Virus record (IMG/VR): IMGVR_UViG_3300027571_000066 | Coordinates: 1-26,145 of that record | Source: a virus | Lineage: Duplodnaviria > Caudoviricetes | Direction: 5' to 3' (one strand) | Length of the DNA stretch: 26,145 nt | Shown here: piece by piece, positions 1 through 8,864 of the stretch | How positions within the stretch are numbered: the first letter of the stretch is position 1 | Layout: every line of letters begins with the position of its first letter | Position numbers and translations under genes: made by a program | Notes under the pieces: generated by a model | The model's database searches: none | Told to the model about the DNA's origin: nothing | Seen by the model: the letters and a program-made list of their open reading frames with translations, nothing else

Positions 1-1
1 G

Positions 2-2875
2 AGCTATTAAACGTAAAGGAGGATACTTATTCACAAACACCTGAATATCTTTACCAAAGCTGCCTAGTGGTTCAGTGAAGGTGTTCTCTCTTGCTCTTTT
101 AAGAGCTGTCTCCACAATAGGGTTAACGACTGATTTGTCTTTCTGCATTTTAATGGCATCAAGCACAGCATCATCAACAGCTTTTTCAACTAAAGCGTCA
201 AAGGTTTTTGTATCTTTATCTTTATACTTTCCTTCTGCCTTCCACTTCTTAACAATCTCTCTGTAAGCTACTGATCTAAAGGTTAACTGTTTAAATATTT
301 CATCACCAGCCGCTAGACCTCTAAAGGATAGTCTAAATAAGTTACCAACCCAATCAGAGAAAGGTGTGTTCTTTGCCTCTTCCCAACTAAGTTTACGTAA
401 GTCTATTTCCTTAGTGCCTACTGCAATACGGTCTACTTGTCCGTCAACTTCCTCTCGAACTTTAAACTCAGGGTCAAGGACATTCTTAGCCGTTTGTAGG
501 GCTTCCCAACCAGCTCTTAAAGATGTTCCAGCGTACTTACCGTAGCCATAGAACTGTCTAGCTGCGTCTACTAACTGAGTTTTATCACCTCTAGCTAATC
601 CTATTAAACCACCACCAGCTTGTTCAAAGACATCTATGAGGGGTATTATAGTGTTAGCCATTAAGTTAGTGGCTTGTGTTTTCCACGACAAGAGTAAGTT
701 ACCAACGTAGTATTCGTTAAACTGTTCCATTCTATTCTTGAACTTGTCTACAAATCTAGCATTACGTGGGTTTGTCTTAGCAGCATTAGTTATAGCCTGA
801 CTAAGTGCTTGTCCGTCTAGTGCTAATAAATCAGAAGGCATAGCGTTAATGTCATCCTGAGAATAGCGCATGATACGACCAGACTCACTTAACAGTCCTT
901 TATGATATGCGTAAGTTTGTTGGAAAGCCTGAGCAAGCTCGTTAGCTTTTCTTACTGTCTCTACATCACCAGCTTTATAAGCAGCAGTGTTTACTAAGTC
1001 ATCGTGAGCTTTAAGTATGGTATCACCCAGACTACGTACACCCATATAGAAAGTGCTGTCTGTTGTTAGTTCCTTTAAGCCCTTAACATAGTCAATAAGA
1101 GAACCTTTATTAAACTCAGGGTCTTTTATTAGTTTACTTATTAAGGCTTGTCCTTTCTTAACAGCAGTTGCTACTGGCACAGTGATTACTTCATCACCTG
1201 TACGTAAACTCCCACTCTCGGCTCTAGCTTCTTTTGTAGCTTCGTCCAGACCTTCTTTAGTTTTAGGAATTGTTGCTTCTTCGGTAACACCTTTAACTTC
1301 AATGTTCTCTGGTTTATTTACATCTTCTTTTGGTTTAGTATTAAGTGTTTCTATCTTCTCTAACTTAATGTGTTCTTTAGGATTCCAAAATATCTCTACA
1401 TGGTGTTCCTTAGTGTTAGTGAACCCGCCACCTTTATGCGAATACCCTTGAAAACCTTTTTGTTCTAAAAGGTATTTAAAGCCATCAAACATTTCCTGTA
1501 CTTCATCAGCAGGGATACCTTCACTGCCTGACCATTCTCTCAGGTCATCAAAGACATCACGGACTGTAGGGTTTGCGGGAAGGTCTTCTAACCACTCACG
1601 ATTAAACTCTGTAGTTTCAGATAACATATCAATAGTTTCATCATTTAAGGGCTGGTCAAGATCATATAGTTTTGCATTTTTAGTTTTAATAACTCTATAT
1701 CTTGTTGGGTTACCACCCTTACCTTTTTTACTGTAACCGCCAGCAACGTCTAGGGCATCGGTTGTATAAAAACCTTGTCCATAAATGTTCATGCTGGAGT
1801 AGGAGTCATACCCCTCACCTAACTTACCTAACTCTGTAGATGTTCCGTGGTACTGTTGTCCCTGACCTCTAGTATCTCTCTCTACTATTTTAGGTTCAGT
1901 ATCTACACCTTTAACTTCAATGTTCTCTGGTTTGCTGGGTTCTACTTTAGCTTCGCCTTTGAAAGTTGCCGCATCCTCTTTGAGAGGTATAAGTTGTTCT
2001 GCTTCTTCTACCTCATCAGCAACCTCTTTCATCAAGCTGTCAGCTTTCTCTGTGTTGCCGTTAATGTTTTCGTTCTTAGCGTCTTTAGCTTTCTTCGTTG
2101 CTCTTGCTAGTTTAAATACCAGCTCGAAAGACAGACCAATGATCGAGCCTTCAACAGCATTCTTAAATCTGCCTTCTGCATCGCTGTCATCTGGATCAGC
2201 CGCTAGGTAATCTGTGAGTGCTGTCTCTATACCAAAGTGTTGTGCAAGGTTAGACAGTCGTGCTTCATGTGGATCAAAGACAACAGCGTCTGCCATTGCT
2301 CCTTGTGCGGTAGCCTTGACAATCTTACCTGTAGTGGTTGCCGCTTGGAAAGGTTTTAAGAACTTACCCGCACCAACAAAGCCTGTAACAAACTGTGCTA
2401 CTGGAGCTACGAACTCTGCTGTAGGTGTATCAAACCCATCGTCCCGTGTCGGGAAGAGGTGATCCATATCTACAAGATTGTTAGCATTAAGTGCTTGTAA
2501 GTCAGACCATTCATCAGGTTTCATGTAAGATATTTTCTTACCAAACATAGAAAAGAGGTGTACGCCATTCTCATCTTGAAAAGACTTTAGTCTGTCATCA
2601 TCTCCCTCGCCTGTAATAGCTACACCGCCTAAAGGTATAATACTTTCTAAAAACTCACCTGACTCTTTTATAGATGAGCCTACACCCTTAACGACAGCTT
2701 CAGGTATCTCTGCGATGTTCTCAAGAACTGTTGTACCTTCTTCTTGTACTGGCTCTGGTTGAGTTGTAGGATTGTTCAGTTGTTCGTACTGGTCTCTAAA
2801 CTCTCTGGCTTTGTCTAGGTTGCCGTTGTTTATTTCTTCTTGGGCTGACCTTAATAATTCAATGCCTGTAGCCAT
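2..2875 (-). CDS. Large internal virion (ejection) protein, T7 gp16-like position; 3' end beyond window edge; contains an ADP-ribosyltransferase-like domain at ~1379-1858
   Basis: Absent from the ORF track because it has no stop in the window. ATG at 2875 (MATGIELLRSAQEE...) has an AGGAG SD; no in-frame stop in the parts I read (958 codons to the edge). Segments DYLAADPDDSDAEGRFKNAVEG, NEYYVGNLLLSWKTQATNL and RGLAAGDEIFKQLTFR resemble marine podovirus internal virion proteins. It is the last gene of the internal-virion block. Confidence 0.85.
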   Translation of the reverse strand, partial: MATGIELLRSAQEEINNGNLDKAREFRDQYEQLNNPTTQPEPVQEEGTTVLENIAEIPEAVVKGVGSSIKESGEFLESIIPLGGVAITGEGDDDRLKSFQDENGVHLFSMFGKKISYMKPDEWSDLQALNANNLVDMDHLFPTRDDGFDTPTAEFVAPVAQFVTGFVGAGKFLKPFQAATTTGKIVKATAQGAMADAVVFDPHEARLSNLAQHFGIETALTDYLAADPDDSDAEGRFKNAVEGSIIGLSFELVFKLARATKKAKDAKNENINGNTEKADSLMKEVADEVEEAEQLIPLKEDAATFKGEAKVEPSKPENIEVKGVDTEPKIVERDTRGQGQQYHGTSTELGKLGEGYDSYSSMNIYGQGFYTTDALDVAGGYSKKGKGGNPTRYRVIKTKNAKLYDLDQPLNDETIDMLSETTEFNREWLEDLPANPTVRDVFDDLREWSGSEGIPADEVQEMFDGFKYLLEQKGFQGYSHKGGGFTNTKEHHVEIFWNPKEHIKLEKIETLNTKPKEDVNKPENIEVKGVTEEATIPKTKEGLDEATKEARAESGSLRTGDEVITVPVATAVKKGQALISKLIKDPEFNKGSLIDYVKGLKELTTDSTFYMGVRSLGDTILKAHDDLVNTAAYKAGDVETVRKANELAQAFQQTYAYHKGLLSESGRIMRYSQDDINAMPSDLLALDGQALSQAITNAAKTNPRNARFVDKFKNRMEQFNEYYVGNLLLSWKTQATNLMANTIIPLIDVFEQAGGGLIGLARGDKTQLVDAARQFYGYGKYAGTSLRAGWEALQTAKNVLDPEFKVREEVDGQVDRIAVGTKEIDLRKLSWEEAKNTPFSDWVGNLFRLSFRGLAAGDEIFKQLTFRSVAYREIVKKWKAEGKYKDKDTKTFDALVEKAVDDAVLDAIKMQKDKSVVNPIVETALKRARENTFTEPLGSFGKDIQVFVNKYPPLRLIA
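1287..1315. repeat. 29-bp direct repeat, copy 1 (ACACCTTTAACTTCAATGTTCTCTGGTTT)
   Basis: Identical to 1905-1933; both copies encode KPENIEVKGV in the large ORF. Confidence 0.95.
1905..1933. repeat. 29-bp direct repeat, copy 2
   Basis: Identical to 1287-1315; offset 618 bp (206 codons), so in frame. Confidence 0.95.
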
Positions 2876-2887
2876 AGTAATCTCCTA

Positions 2888-4327
2888 TTAATTTAAAGCA
2901 CCGTCAACTGCTGCCTTTAGTCTTATTTCTTCAGGACTCATAAAGTCATCTTCGCCAATTAATTTCTTATAGCCTTGTAGTTTTTGTATAACCTTAAACA
3001 AAGCTTCGTTCCTCTCAGGTAATTTCATATCATGCCATTCAGGGCTAGTAGATAACGCTAAGAAATCCTCTTCAAACATTAATCGTAGAGGGGCAAATCG
3101 AGGAGCTTCTACAAACATATCAAGGACGCTGTTATCTCTAACCAAGGTTTTAACTATTTCATTAGCTCTTACATAAGCTTTACCTTGATAAGGGTTTTGT
3201 CTTGGGGCTTGTGTTAAGAAAGTGTTTAGTAAGCCTTCATCTAAACGACTTGAGTTTCTATTTAGCCAATCAATCTTATCAGGTGCTTGGATGTAGCCAT
3301 CGTATAGGTCAATCATATCTCCAGCATCAATCTCTTCTGTTGAAAGACTCTTGTAAGCTTTGTATATCTTATCAGCATCAGAAGCGGCAGTACCTACACC
3401 AGCATCCTCAGCGGTCTTAACAGCAGCTATTAAATTTTCTGTAGTTGCTTCGCCAGTAGTGAAAAGATTTCCTATAGTAGACTGTAGTGTTACTTTAGCT
3501 TGTTTAACACTCGCTACCTTCTCTGAGGCTAATCTATTTTGTTCAGCCCGCATACGAGACTGTACAGCTTCTCGTTGCCTGAAAGCTAAATCGTATTCAT
3601 CGTTAGATAGGATTGTACGCTGACCTTCTACTTCACCAAGAAGTAAAGAGTATAGACGAAAGTCTCCATCTTCGTTTGCAGAGCGTAGTGCAGTAGACAT
3701 GAGAAGCTTCTTTGCTTCCTGTGGTGATCTATCCATTGACTGAATAGACTCGTCCATGTCTTTAAATAATTTAAGAAACTCTGGTGACGATGCGCTTAAG
3801 GTTTCCCCTCTTAGTGCGTTAATAGCAAAGTTACCAAGCTCTACATCTTCCTCACCTATTTCAAAAGATTTTACAGATGTGCCGTATGTAGTGTAAAAGT
3901 TACCGCCTATTACCTTATTAAATGAATTTTTAGCTGTGTCGGTAGTTAAAGAGGATAGTGTATCTTGATAGGCTGGGTTACTTGATGTGAACGCTTCCCA
4001 TACTTCAGCACTGGTTGGTCTTTTACCATCTTTAATGCTGTAATCATAAGTTTCTGCAAACTCCTGAACAGCAGGGATAAGCTCGCTAGAGGCGTTAGAA
4101 GCTCTCAGCAGCTCTAAATTTGTTACTTGTTCTTTTGCTTTACTAGTTAAATTTTTACCAACTTGTGAAACAGTACCAGCAGCAGAGTCAAGAGCCGCAG
4201 CTACTTGCATACCTTTGGTATTTCTTTCACCTTGGACAAATGTGTCCACTTGTCTAGCAGTAACCTGATAATCAGGCGCAGCCGCAGCATTACGCCAATT
4301 TACTGATTTATCTATTGAGGTTGCCAT
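2888..4327 (-). CDS. Internal virion protein (T7 gp15-like position)
   Basis: 479 aa, probably helical. Lies between the gp14-like and gp16-like genes; N-terminal 'PDYQVTARQVDTFVQ' resembles marine podovirus core proteins. Call rests mainly on synteny. Confidence 0.65.
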   Translation of the reverse strand: MATSIDKSVNWRNAAAAPDYQVTARQVDTFVQGERNTKGMQVAAALDSAAGTVSQVGKNLTSKAKEQVTNLELLRASNASSELIPAVQEFAETYDYSIKDGKRPTSAEVWEAFTSSNPAYQDTLSSLTTDTAKNSFNKVIGGNFYTTYGTSVKSFEIGEEDVELGNFAINALRGETLSASSPEFLKLFKDMDESIQSMDRSPQEAKKLLMSTALRSANEDGDFRLYSLLLGEVEGQRTILSNDEYDLAFRQREAVQSRMRAEQNRLASEKVASVKQAKVTLQSTIGNLFTTGEATTENLIAAVKTAEDAGVGTAASDADKIYKAYKSLSTEEIDAGDMIDLYDGYIQAPDKIDWLNRNSSRLDEGLLNTFLTQAPRQNPYQGKAYVRANEIVKTLVRDNSVLDMFVEAPRFAPLRLMFEEDFLALSTSPEWHDMKLPERNEALFKVIQKLQGYKKLIGEDDFMSPEEIRLKAAVDGALN

Positions 4328-4337
4328 TTAGTTTTTC

Positions 4338-4937
4338 CTATGAATAATTACTGTAGCCTTGAGCTGCCCCAAGTACCGATTGTCCTATCTTTAATCCTGT
4401 TGCTGTAGAGCTTGGTTTAGAGACTGAGTTAATTCTTGACTGGGTTCTTGTTCTTGCGCCTAGCCTTTCTTCTCTTAAACCTTGCACAGTGTTATCAAAG
4501 TTTCTATCAACAGTGGTATTAGCCATTAGACCTTGACGCTCGATGTCTTGGATGACTGCATTGTTGTTTAAGATTGCACCGCTTTCCGCACCAGCTACAG
4601 TTGCTCGTGCCGCCATCTCTCTTGTTTCTAAATCTGTTTGTAGTTTCTTTTCGGCAGCCGCTGTGTCTTCTTGAGCCTCTTGGAGGTTTAGCTGTCGATC
4701 ATTATCTATTTGTGCTTGTAGGGCGTTCTGTCTGTTGGCGGCTTCTTGTGCTTCCTGAGCTTTATGCGCTTGAGAAGCGGACGCAACTCCCATTACACCT
4801 GAAGCCACACTAGCGAATTGCCCAAGTGTTGCTGTAGCTGCTGCAACATTAGCTGCCGCTGCTGCTGTACCCACTGCCGCTGTTGCTGTAGCACCGCTAC
4901 TTGCTATTGTAGCTATGGCTGTTATTGGATCACACAT
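4338..4937 (-). CDS. Internal virion protein B (T7 gp14-like)
   Basis: 199 aa, starts MCDP, Ala-rich N-terminus, Gln/Glu-rich coiled region and 'ARATVAGAESG' motif; follows the gp13-like gene. Confidence 0.8.
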   Translation of the reverse strand: MCDPITAIATIASSGATATAAVGTAAAAANVAAATATLGQFASVASGVMGVASASQAHKAQEAQEAANRQNALQAQIDNDRQLNLQEAQEDTAAAEKKLQTDLETREMAARATVAGAESGAILNNNAVIQDIERQGLMANTTVDRNFDNTVQGLREERLGARTRTQSRINSVSKPSSTATGLKIGQSVLGAAQGYSNYS

Positions 4938-5397
4938 TTTCTTTTATCCTCACAAATTGGTAGAAGGGTTGTTTTCCTACTCCGTATTCTTTTTCTAGTT
5001 TGATGAACTGAAAGCCTAGTGCTTTTAACCATCTCATCGATACTGTATTTTCTGCGTGTACGTAGTTAAGCAAGAGTGGGTGTTGGTCGTTCTTTTCCTC
5101 CACCCACTTTGCTGAAACTGGTAGCATCACCTTTTTGGTCTCAGGTAGTTTATGAGAACCTAACAACCAAGGACTTGCAAATATACCACAATCAGACAAC
5201 CCAAACATTCCCACTACATCACCATCCTCATGGATGATACTAAAGCATTCAGGAGCAGAAGCGTTATAGCTTTCCTGTAATGCCCTTAAGGGTGTAAGCC
5301 CGTTACTAGCCATTACTTCCTTAGCGTCTTGTTCACGCATAGCTGGGGCTAGTTCTCGGCAATCCTGAAATGTTGCTTTTCTATAGTAGTGTGTCAT
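4930..5397 (-). CDS. Internal virion protein A (T7 gp13-like, DUF2833/GNAT-like)
   Basis: Likely start at MTHYYR (5397), just after the tail tube B stop; 155 aa. Motifs 'MREQDAKEV', 'PWLLGS' and 'LLNYVHAENTVSMRWLKALGF' are typical of this family. Confidence 0.85.
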   Translation of the reverse strand: MTHYYRKATFQDCRELAPAMREQDAKEVMASNGLTPLRALQESYNASAPECFSIIHEDGDVVGMFGLSDCGIFASPWLLGSHKLPETKKVMLPVSAKWVEEKNDQHPLLLNYVHAENTVSMRWLKALGFQFIKLEKEYGVGKQPFYQFVRIKENV

Positions 5398-5399
5398 AT

Positions 5400-8177
5400 T
5401 TAGAGTCTCTGGTTTCGTAGTACGATATACCCCTCCCACTCTGCACTTTGGAACGTGCTGGGAAGGTGTGAGTCGTTAGTTATTGTTATAGCTGTGTCTG
5501 TTGCCCGTGCTTGCACCCCAACTTGGAACGCTCCGTCATCGATAACAGCAGACTGATCTAAAAGGTTGTGTTGGTTATCTAATACACGCCCTGTAAAGTG
5601 TGAGGTAATTGGAGACCTACCTACGGAGTCTACAGTAACGTCAAAGTGTCCCGTGTCATTATAGTTAAACGACATCTTCCTTAACTGGAAGCGGGCAAGC
5701 TGTGTTGAGTCACCTTGTGTTGGTTTAAACACTTGCTCTGACATTTGATACTTAAATGTATAGGGTACTCCTACAACTAAAGTACGGTTGGTGAATAACT
5801 CATTGTTTTGATCGAAGGTTGGATTAGCTGGGTCAAACGACCCTAAAGATAGACCGTCCTGATCAATAGCTATTAAACCAACTGTAGGCACTCCATCAGG
5901 TAGATTGAACTGAGTAATGGGGGTGGCTTGCCAATCAGCGTTTGTTAATTTATATTGCCTATCTAATAAGACTTCAGTGTGGTCATATTTAACATCAAGT
6001 ATCTCGTATCTGCCATCTTCAAATGTAAAATACATTAAATTGTTGGTAAAGAAGATGTGGGCTATGTCTTCTGTAAATATCCACTTAGACCAAGCACTTT
6101 GTAACCGTTCCTCTGCAGAATTGTACCACTTATAAATGTAACATTCTTTCTTGTTGGTAGAAGTAAGGCAAGCGAGCATATCCTCATTAGAGGACGAAGC
6201 AAATTGTCTTACATTTCCTTCAAGGTATGATGGAACGTGTGAGGTAACGGAAGCAGCATCTCTGACTTCTGTGGTTTCTCTTGTGAAGAACTCACGTACT
6301 CCTGCGTAACCGCTTGATTGTGTGGCAAAGAATACACTGTTACCCGCACCTACTGGTGGGGCTGTTAGATCACATTCATACTTTGTTGATTGATCTACTG
6401 TAATTTCAGAAGGTGTTAACAACTGACTAGCAGATAATGTGAACTGGTTAAGCTCTGAGAATAACAAAAGGTTATCCTGAATAGGCACAGCAGCTTTAAG
6501 CTCAGACACTTCATTCTGACTGACTGATACATCAATAGGATCAGAGTCTAGTAATGAACGTACTGTTGTGCGCCAGAAGTTGAAGTAACCACTAGCCTCA
6601 CTAAAGATCACATTCTCTCCTGAAAGAACACCTAAGCGGTTTCTGTGGAAGAATATGTCTGATATCTTTTGCCCAACAAAACTAGGAGCAGTGTTTGTGT
6701 TATCATCACCAGCTTTGCGCTCATCCCACTCTCCTTGACTAAAGCTAAAACTAAGTCCAGCACTCTGCCTCAAGGTGTGGGGCATTGTTGTTAGGTCGAA
6801 GTAGTTCTCTAGGTTAGGGGCTACAGACTCTTTCCAATAACCAGAGCCAGCCGAACCTTGAAAGACCACATGAAAGTCATCTTCTTTCTTTTGGTTGTCC
6901 CCTACTACTCCCAACCTAAACCCATGGTCACATTGGTTGGGTAGGTCTGTGAATGATTTAGCATTTCCTTTAAAAGCTTTGAGATTAGTACCACCGTCAT
7001 CATCTGTAACAGTAATGTCGAAATCTCCAAAAGATCCAGAAGCCAAAGTGTTAACGATGAAGTAAGCATCTTTGTTAGCCGTGGCGGGTGTCACATAACC
7101 GTCTGTTGAGTTTGCAGAATCAAGAAAAGTTATAGATCCGCTATCTCTGTGATAAGCTGTTATAATATTGGTTCTATAGGTTCTTGAAGTTGATAATACT
7201 GAGTGTGGGAGTTCTAGTACCGTGTTACTAATACGCTTCCAGCCGTTTGCTCCAGTTACATCGTAGGGTATAGTAGTGCCACCCACCACTACAACAATGC
7301 TATTACTGTCAATATTGGATTGTGTTATTGGTATTGCATTTGTGGTGGTTATACGCTTAAGTGCTGTTATGGCAGAAGACGAAGTACCCGAACTTGCTGC
7401 GTTAAAGGTTTCAACCACTCTTGCGCCAAGCTCCGTCTCAATCTTTTCACGAAGAGAGGCAGAACCCTCACTCATTATTTTACTTACTTTAAGCTCATTA
7501 TCGTTGTGGTTTGTACCGCTTGCTATTATGTTTTGAGCCGAAGACTGCTCAACCGCTATTACGCCTGAACTCTCTTTTGACTCAACCCTTACAGTATATG
7601 TTCTACCATAGTTTACACTCTTAAGGTAGACTAAGGCTTGATTGAGATCGTTGGCGGGGCTTATAAGATCGCTCATCTCTACTGTCTTTTCTTTGTTAAC
7701 AATGAACGTAGCATCAGCAACAGAGGTAGAGGTAATTTTAGAAGTATTGTAAGGTAAGTATGATGTATCATCACTATTATGGGAAAGCCAATTACCGTTT
7801 GCAAGCCAGCTACTATGACCTGATTGGTATCGTAAATTGCCATCAAGGTCGTAAACGTGTACTCTACGGTTGTTTGTTATAACAACATGATATTGCTCAT
7901 CATCACTTCTCTTGTATGTGTGGAAGTACGCAGTATCTAATCCTGTTAAATCTACGTAGTCACTCCTAGAGTGCAGGTTGCCTTGAGAAGAGCTTGAAGC
8001 CCCACTGAGACACTTTAACTTTTGTACAAACTTTGTAGGTGGGCGTTTCTTAAGACCATCAACCACATCCGAGAAACCGTTTTCCTGTACTTCTCCCTGA
8101 CTCTCTAATCGTAGAGCTGCGGGTTGTTGACTAACCCCGTTAATGAGGTTGGGTATGCTTTTAGAAACTAAAGCCAT
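5400..8177 (-). CDS. Tail tubular protein B (nozzle, T7 gp12-like)
   Basis: 925 aa. N-terminal 'SIPNLINGVSQQP', 'GLKKRPPT', 'TMPH', 'GDDNTNTAPSFVG', 'FFHRNRLG' and 'QSAWSKW' are hallmark gp12 motifs. Confidence 0.95.
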   Translation of the reverse strand: MALVSKSIPNLINGVSQQPAALRLESQGEVQENGFSDVVDGLKKRPPTKFVQKLKCLSGASSSSQGNLHSRSDYVDLTGLDTAYFHTYKRSDDEQYHVVITNNRRVHVYDLDGNLRYQSGHSSWLANGNWLSHNSDDTSYLPYNTSKITSTSVADATFIVNKEKTVEMSDLISPANDLNQALVYLKSVNYGRTYTVRVESKESSGVIAVEQSSAQNIIASGTNHNDNELKVSKIMSEGSASLREKIETELGARVVETFNAASSGTSSSAITALKRITTTNAIPITQSNIDSNSIVVVVGGTTIPYDVTGANGWKRISNTVLELPHSVLSTSRTYRTNIITAYHRDSGSITFLDSANSTDGYVTPATANKDAYFIVNTLASGSFGDFDITVTDDDGGTNLKAFKGNAKSFTDLPNQCDHGFRLGVVGDNQKKEDDFHVVFQGSAGSGYWKESVAPNLENYFDLTTMPHTLRQSAGLSFSFSQGEWDERKAGDDNTNTAPSFVGQKISDIFFHRNRLGVLSGENVIFSEASGYFNFWRTTVRSLLDSDPIDVSVSQNEVSELKAAVPIQDNLLLFSELNQFTLSASQLLTPSEITVDQSTKYECDLTAPPVGAGNSVFFATQSSGYAGVREFFTRETTEVRDAASVTSHVPSYLEGNVRQFASSSNEDMLACLTSTNKKECYIYKWYNSAEERLQSAWSKWIFTEDIAHIFFTNNLMYFTFEDGRYEILDVKYDHTEVLLDRQYKLTNADWQATPITQFNLPDGVPTVGLIAIDQDGLSLGSFDPANPTFDQNNELFTNRTLVVGVPYTFKYQMSEQVFKPTQGDSTQLARFQLRKMSFNYNDTGHFDVTVDSVGRSPITSHFTGRVLDNQHNLLDQSAVIDDGAFQVGVQARATDTAITITNDSHLPSTFQSAEWEGYIVLRNQRL

Positions 8178-8792
8178 TTAGATCACCTTGTGTCCGATTG
8201 AACGATCAAGAACACTGTACGTGCTTCCATCGTCAAATATGTTATAGTCCCCGTTCTCGCTTTCCATTTCTTTCAAAGCGAATAGGGCTTGTTGCTCATC
8301 AGCTCTGTTCATGGCTGAGAGGTTATCGCTACCGACTACTCTTTCTTGGAATAATCGTGCAGCTTTAATTGTTATGTATCGTCTTGCTACTTCAGGAAGC
8401 TGCTCAAAATCTAGATGAACCACAATATCTAGTGTAAGAGGTTTGTTAATTACAAAAGTGTGTTTAACTTTGTCGTACATATAAGAACCACGTTGTATGT
8501 ACTCACTCTCTGCGCTTCTGTATTTAGTCACGGATTTAGCTAAATCTGCCCGCAAAACTGGGGCTGGATCAGAAAAAAGTTGTATATATCCATTAGAGAG
8601 AGGGTTAAATACCCAGTCTGGCTCACTGTTGAAGTTCCAGCCAAATGACTGAACATCTCTTGAAACTTCATTGAGTACAGTCTCAGCCGTTTCAGCATCA
8701 ACTAAACCAGAACTTAAGCTGTTGACTGGTGCTTCGCCAATGGTCGAGAGCATAGAGTTTACAGCCTGAAGCTGTGTTGTTGGAGTTGTCAT
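8178..8792 (-). CDS. Tail tubular protein A (gatekeeper, T7 gp11-like)
   Basis: Likely start at MTTPTT (8792) with GAGG SD; 204 aa. Motifs 'LQAVNSMLSTIGEAPVNSL', 'VQSFGWNFN' and 'FEQLPEVARRYI'. Confidence 0.95.
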   Translation of the reverse strand: MTTPTTQLQAVNSMLSTIGEAPVNSLSSGLVDAETAETVLNEVSRDVQSFGWNFNSEPDWVFNPLSNGYIQLFSDPAPVLRADLAKSVTKYRSAESEYIQRGSYMYDKVKHTFVINKPLTLDIVVHLDFEQLPEVARRYITIKAARLFQERVVGSDNLSAMNRADEQQALFALKEMESENGDYNIFDDGSTYSVLDRSIGHKVI

Positions 8793-8816
8793 GTTTACCT
8801 CAATGAAAAAATAAAG

Positions 8817-8842
8817 AAAAAACACCCCCCGAAGGAGGTGTT
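8817..8842 (-). terminator. Intrinsic terminator after the major capsid gene (Tphi-like position)
   Basis: Minus strand reads AACACCTCC-TTCG-GGGGGTGTT followed by TTTTCTTTATTTTTT; C(UUCG)G tetraloop. Confidence 0.85.
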
Positions 8843-8864
8843 CTTAAAGTTTACTAAACTAATC

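Noticed and set aside
1587-1600. TCTAACCACTCACG as a third, plus-strand phage promoter
   Set aside because: Only 9 nt match, it lacks the CTATAG end, and it is antisense within a coding region; likely chance.
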